A stretch of 64,000 bases of DNA from contig JAQGDQ010000252.1 of the NCBI GenBank assembly GCA_030141605.1, forward strand, positions 261,482-325,481. Reading direction: 5' to 3'. The notes beneath the pieces were generated by a model. That model saw only the letters and a program-made list of their open reading frames with translations, made no database searches and had not been told where the DNA came from. The stretch's first letter is position 1. Every line of letters begins with the position of its first letter. The translations under genes and the position numbers were made by a program. This DNA is from Tubiluchus corallicola (Eukaryota; Animalia; Priapulida). Shown here piece by piece: positions 60,354-64,000 of the stretch.

Positions 60354-63300
60354 TTAACTGCTTCCAACTCTATCTCTTGGAATCAATCGTAGTTCAGATC
60401 CATGTTTTAGAAATACATTGCCTATAAAATGCAAAAATTAGCAATTAAGCTGATGCAATAAAGCGATTAGTTTAAATATATGTGCAAATACTTTTTATTA
60501 GTTTTGTTAACTATTTCTTTACCCTTCCTCTTTTCTCCAAATAAGTTAGTTAAACTTATGGTAAGGAACCGCTCATTTGTTTTGCTGAACGAAATTACCT
60601 TTTAGACTGCCTTACTAAAACTGGAATATTCCTACAGGAATTTACTAAATTAACAAGCAGTAATACAGTAACATAATTGAAGCAGCATGCAAAAGAACTG
60701 GATAGACATTGTTTAAACACAAAAATATTCTATACATTACAATACCGTGATTAACATACTGTGAGCAGTATATTTTAGACTTTTAGTAGAGCTCTAAGTT
60801 TTAGGAAATGCTTGCTTATGATACAGTACTATTGTGAATTTATCATATACTACATAGTTACACTATGCAATTCTTTACATAGGTATCTTAATATGAACGG
60901 ATAGAATGCATAGGAATAGCAGCTGAATTGTCTGAACTGTGCGAATTTGAATTTATTTTGAATTTATGAATTTATTCCACAGCAACATATAAACATACAT
61001 ACAAATTGTTATTACGGTATAAAATAAAATAAAGAAGTCATTGTGAGGACAAAGAGCATTTTGCTTTAGAGTTCTCCTCCAGATAAGTGGAACAACTGAC
61101 AATTAACATTACATAGTATTTTCACAGTTATAACGTACATTATAACAAAATAAGTTTTGTTAGTAACTTAAGATCAGGATGAGTAAATTGTGGGTTAATT
61201 AAACAGTTGTAGTAAGTAATTCTTTTATGCTTTTTTAAATTGATAAAGACTAAGAGTTTTCATTTCACACGGAATTGATGACCATATTTTAATAGCATTA
61301 TATTTTGATGACTGTTTCATTATATTTGTTTTTGGAAGAGGGAGTATGTAGTTTCCGACTGAATATCTTGTGTAATGATCATGTTGATTTTATACTGGCG
61401 TAAAGTATGACTGAAAAGCCTGTGGACGTAGTGAATTATGATACTGATACATGAAATGAAGACAATACCTGTCATATATTTCTTTCACTTTAAGAGTTTT
61501 AACAGACAAGTAAATTACATTTGTGGGATGGTCATACCTTACATGATATATTAGTTTGAGAATTTTGTTCTGGGTATTTTGTAAAGCTTCCAGATTGCTT
61601 TTATATACACCACCCCAAGACATGACGCCATATATTAGATATAGGTAAACTAGACTGTAATAGATTGGAATTGTGTATTTGAAATGAATTTTCAGCAATC
61701 AATCAAAATTATTCATGGAGGTTCAAATACTTTTTAACACAGAAAGATAATGTTATTTTCTTACCAGCACTCTGTGCAGGATTTATTCCAATTCCGTCGT
61801 TTGTTATAATCGCACTGGTTGCTGCCGGCACTTTAAACTAGGATAAAAAAACCTGGGTGAATGCCCACATTGGTTTTTTAAACAGAAAAATAAATTTAAG
61901 ATCTCAGTGTTTCATTTTGCTTAAAAAAACAATTCCAATTGATTAATTTAACATGATGCACTAATCATGCTGCATAATTTCCAAAAGTTTCAGCTATCTG
62001 CCGGCACAAGTAAAAATTTATTGGCACTTTGAATACAGTGTCATTTGTCTGTTTTTCCATGTTATCTGTGGCCCTCTTTCTTTTGTGCATATTTTCTCTA
62101 TTTCTCTATTTTCAACGCAAGTTAGTCCAAAGACCTGTTAAGTAATCACTTGTGTAATAATTTATTTTTTTTTGCTACCAAAGTGAAGGTCTATTGTTTG
62201 GTTAATTAAATCAACACCATAAAGCCAAATAATTAAAACAGTTTTGCCAAAATGGCACTTCTAAGGTATGTGTTCATATGTCTGTCTATTATGCCAACAA
62301 CTGTTTTTTGGATCCTTTTAGTAATTTTTACCAAAAGTAAAAACAGTTGAAGTTTAATAACTACTTTGTCCTGATGCTAACATCCTTATATAGCACACAA
62401 AGGTGAAATTACACAAAGCTTGCAATAATAATGTCTGTCTTTTACGTCAACACAAATGTGCAAACTGCCTTCTGGTATCTTCACGATAAAAATGATGTTC
62501 AAGCACCTGTTTTGTGCAAAATATGACAACCCTCATATATTATAAGAGAAATATGGAGCACATATATGAATATTTATTAGTTAACAAAAGCATAATTGGT
62601 GACAGTAGGCTGGTTCAATGGCTACTTGTATATTTACAAACTTTGATATATTGGCTATATATAGTTGCAGTTCAATTTATCAATAACTGAACGTTTTTAG
62701 TAAAACTATGCTAGTTTAATTTAAAAAATGAAGATAAAGGTTTGATAACACCAATAATTAGGTTTATTTTTACTTAAAAATATCAAAAAATGTTACAAAC
62801 TGTATATTCCGACAAAAATTTTACCTAGTTAGTATTACTGAACACGTTTGAAATAGGTATTTGATATATAATTTGCATTTCTATGTCATGAAGCGCTTCT
62901 GCAACTAGTAACCTATTAAATGATGTTTAAAAAGTAAATTATTCTAAATTTTTGTTAATATATAAGCTGTAAGAAAAGCATTCTAACAGTTTGAAAAACT
63001 GATTGTCGTCCTTATGCAATTGAGAAATACATGGTTTTCTTAAAATTGCTGTAACTTTGTAACCTTTCAACAAATTTTTAAACAAAATGTAGTTTTATGA
63101 AGTGCAGAACAAGAACTTTTATTTGCTTTATAATATAAACACCCATGTGAATTTTTTTCACCTTCACAGGAGCCACTTTTGGAGGCATTCACTGTGCTTT
63201 TACCCCCTTTGATTTTTTATATGATCACGTATTTTTAATAGGGCAGAGACAATAATAATATTTACAACTCTGATTACTAGAGCAAGATAAGAGACACAGA

Positions 63301-63993
63301 AACAAATTGTTGAAAGTAAATGTGAATTATTTTTTACAACTCTATTCAAAGTCTAACACTAGATGAAATCTGAAACACATATATTTAACTAAAGTGTAAT
63401 AACACAAAAAATTAATGCTGAACTAATACTTAGTGAACTGTAATGCTGTAAACAAAGAACAATGTACACATACATGTTTGATAAAATATGAAATATCAAA
63501 TTGTTATATCAAATTAAGAGTCATACACTCATATCTCGGTTTGCTGGACAAAAGCGGTTAGAATTTGCCGATTTTCCGTATTTACCGATACTAAGCTAAC
63601 ACAGTAAACATTGTGTATTAGACTTACAGTAATGTAGAATCAATCGCCTAGTTGTCTCAAAAACGTCTAGTATGGGCTGCTCCTGATATATAAGTTACAC
63701 AAGTGTCATTACATGCTGCTTGGTTGCACTATGCAATGATGTAAACAAAATGACGGCGCGCCAACTAGCGGTCAGCGTGTAAAACAACAGACTGTGTCCG
63801 TAGTATGCGAGATTTCTAGTGGTATAGATTTTGTCCGACATTTGTAAAAGTGAGGTTCGGCAAACCAAAATATGAGTGTACTGAAAATTTATGACGACAA
63901 CATCCTGTGTTACGATAATGTAAAAGTTATAATACCTCTTCCGCAGCAAACTTTAATACAGCTGTAAAAGGTGTTTGTTCAGGTACGCTTAAC
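60354..63993 (-). CDS. UFM1: Ubiquitin-fold modifier 1, 5'-partial; exons 63993-63936, 61837-61765, 60421-60354 (first ~20 codons lie beyond the window)
   Basis: Spliced translation [19 protein letters not shown]|[24 protein letters not shown](G)|[21 protein letters not shown] is near-identical to recalled UFM1. It has the C-terminal VG plus a 2-residue propeptide. Splice sites are canonical and phases are consistent. The exons are too short for the ORF track. Confidence 0.97.
60943..61680 (-). mobile_element. 5'-truncated CR1/L2-type LINE remnant (ORF2 C-terminus plus 3' tail) in the last UFM1 intron
   Basis: [50 protein letters not shown] then, after a break, HDHYTR..KIWSSIP..FKKSIK is the typical post-RT region of LINE ORF2. 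The 3' end has AATAAA and an (AAATTC)n-like tail. Confidence 0.8.
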
Positions 63994-64000
63994 CTGAAAT

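Overview
AT-rich eukaryotic DNA from an invertebrate animal (GT-AG introns, no prokaryotic features). Six spliced protein-coding genes were rebuilt by hand from splice sites and exon phases: (1) a 14-finger C2H2 zinc-finger gene (-, 11613-14556); (2) cytoplasmic dynein-1 intermediate chain (+, 20991-34519, up to 16 coding exons including in-frame microexons); (3) Abl-interactor Abi (-, 38700-47187); (4) DEAD-box helicase DDX51/Dbp6 (+, 51927-56109, nearly intronless); (5) the LYR-motif SDH assembly factor SDHAF3/ACN9 (-, 58368-59578); (6) the last three exons of UFM1 (-, 60354-63993), which the ORF track misses and whose 5' end lies beyond the window. The layout is ZNF<- ->DYNC1I-> <-Abi<- ->DDX51-> <-SDHAF3<-UFM1. 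Introns and intergenic DNA contain two copies of a Mutator-like MITE with clear TSDs, two Tigger/pogo-like MITEs, Helitron/Helentron-type elements, LINE remnants, a 29-bp minisatellite and a compound microsatellite. I found no coding gene in the first ~10 kb. The best leads are the tight UFM1-SDHAF3 tandem with no canonical poly(A) signal between them (possible bicistronic unit or operon), an alternative-splicing cassette in dynein IC resembling the Drosophila Cdic variable region, and a MITE that could supply the first exon of the ZNF gene. Homology calls rest on recalled protein sequences, not on a database search.
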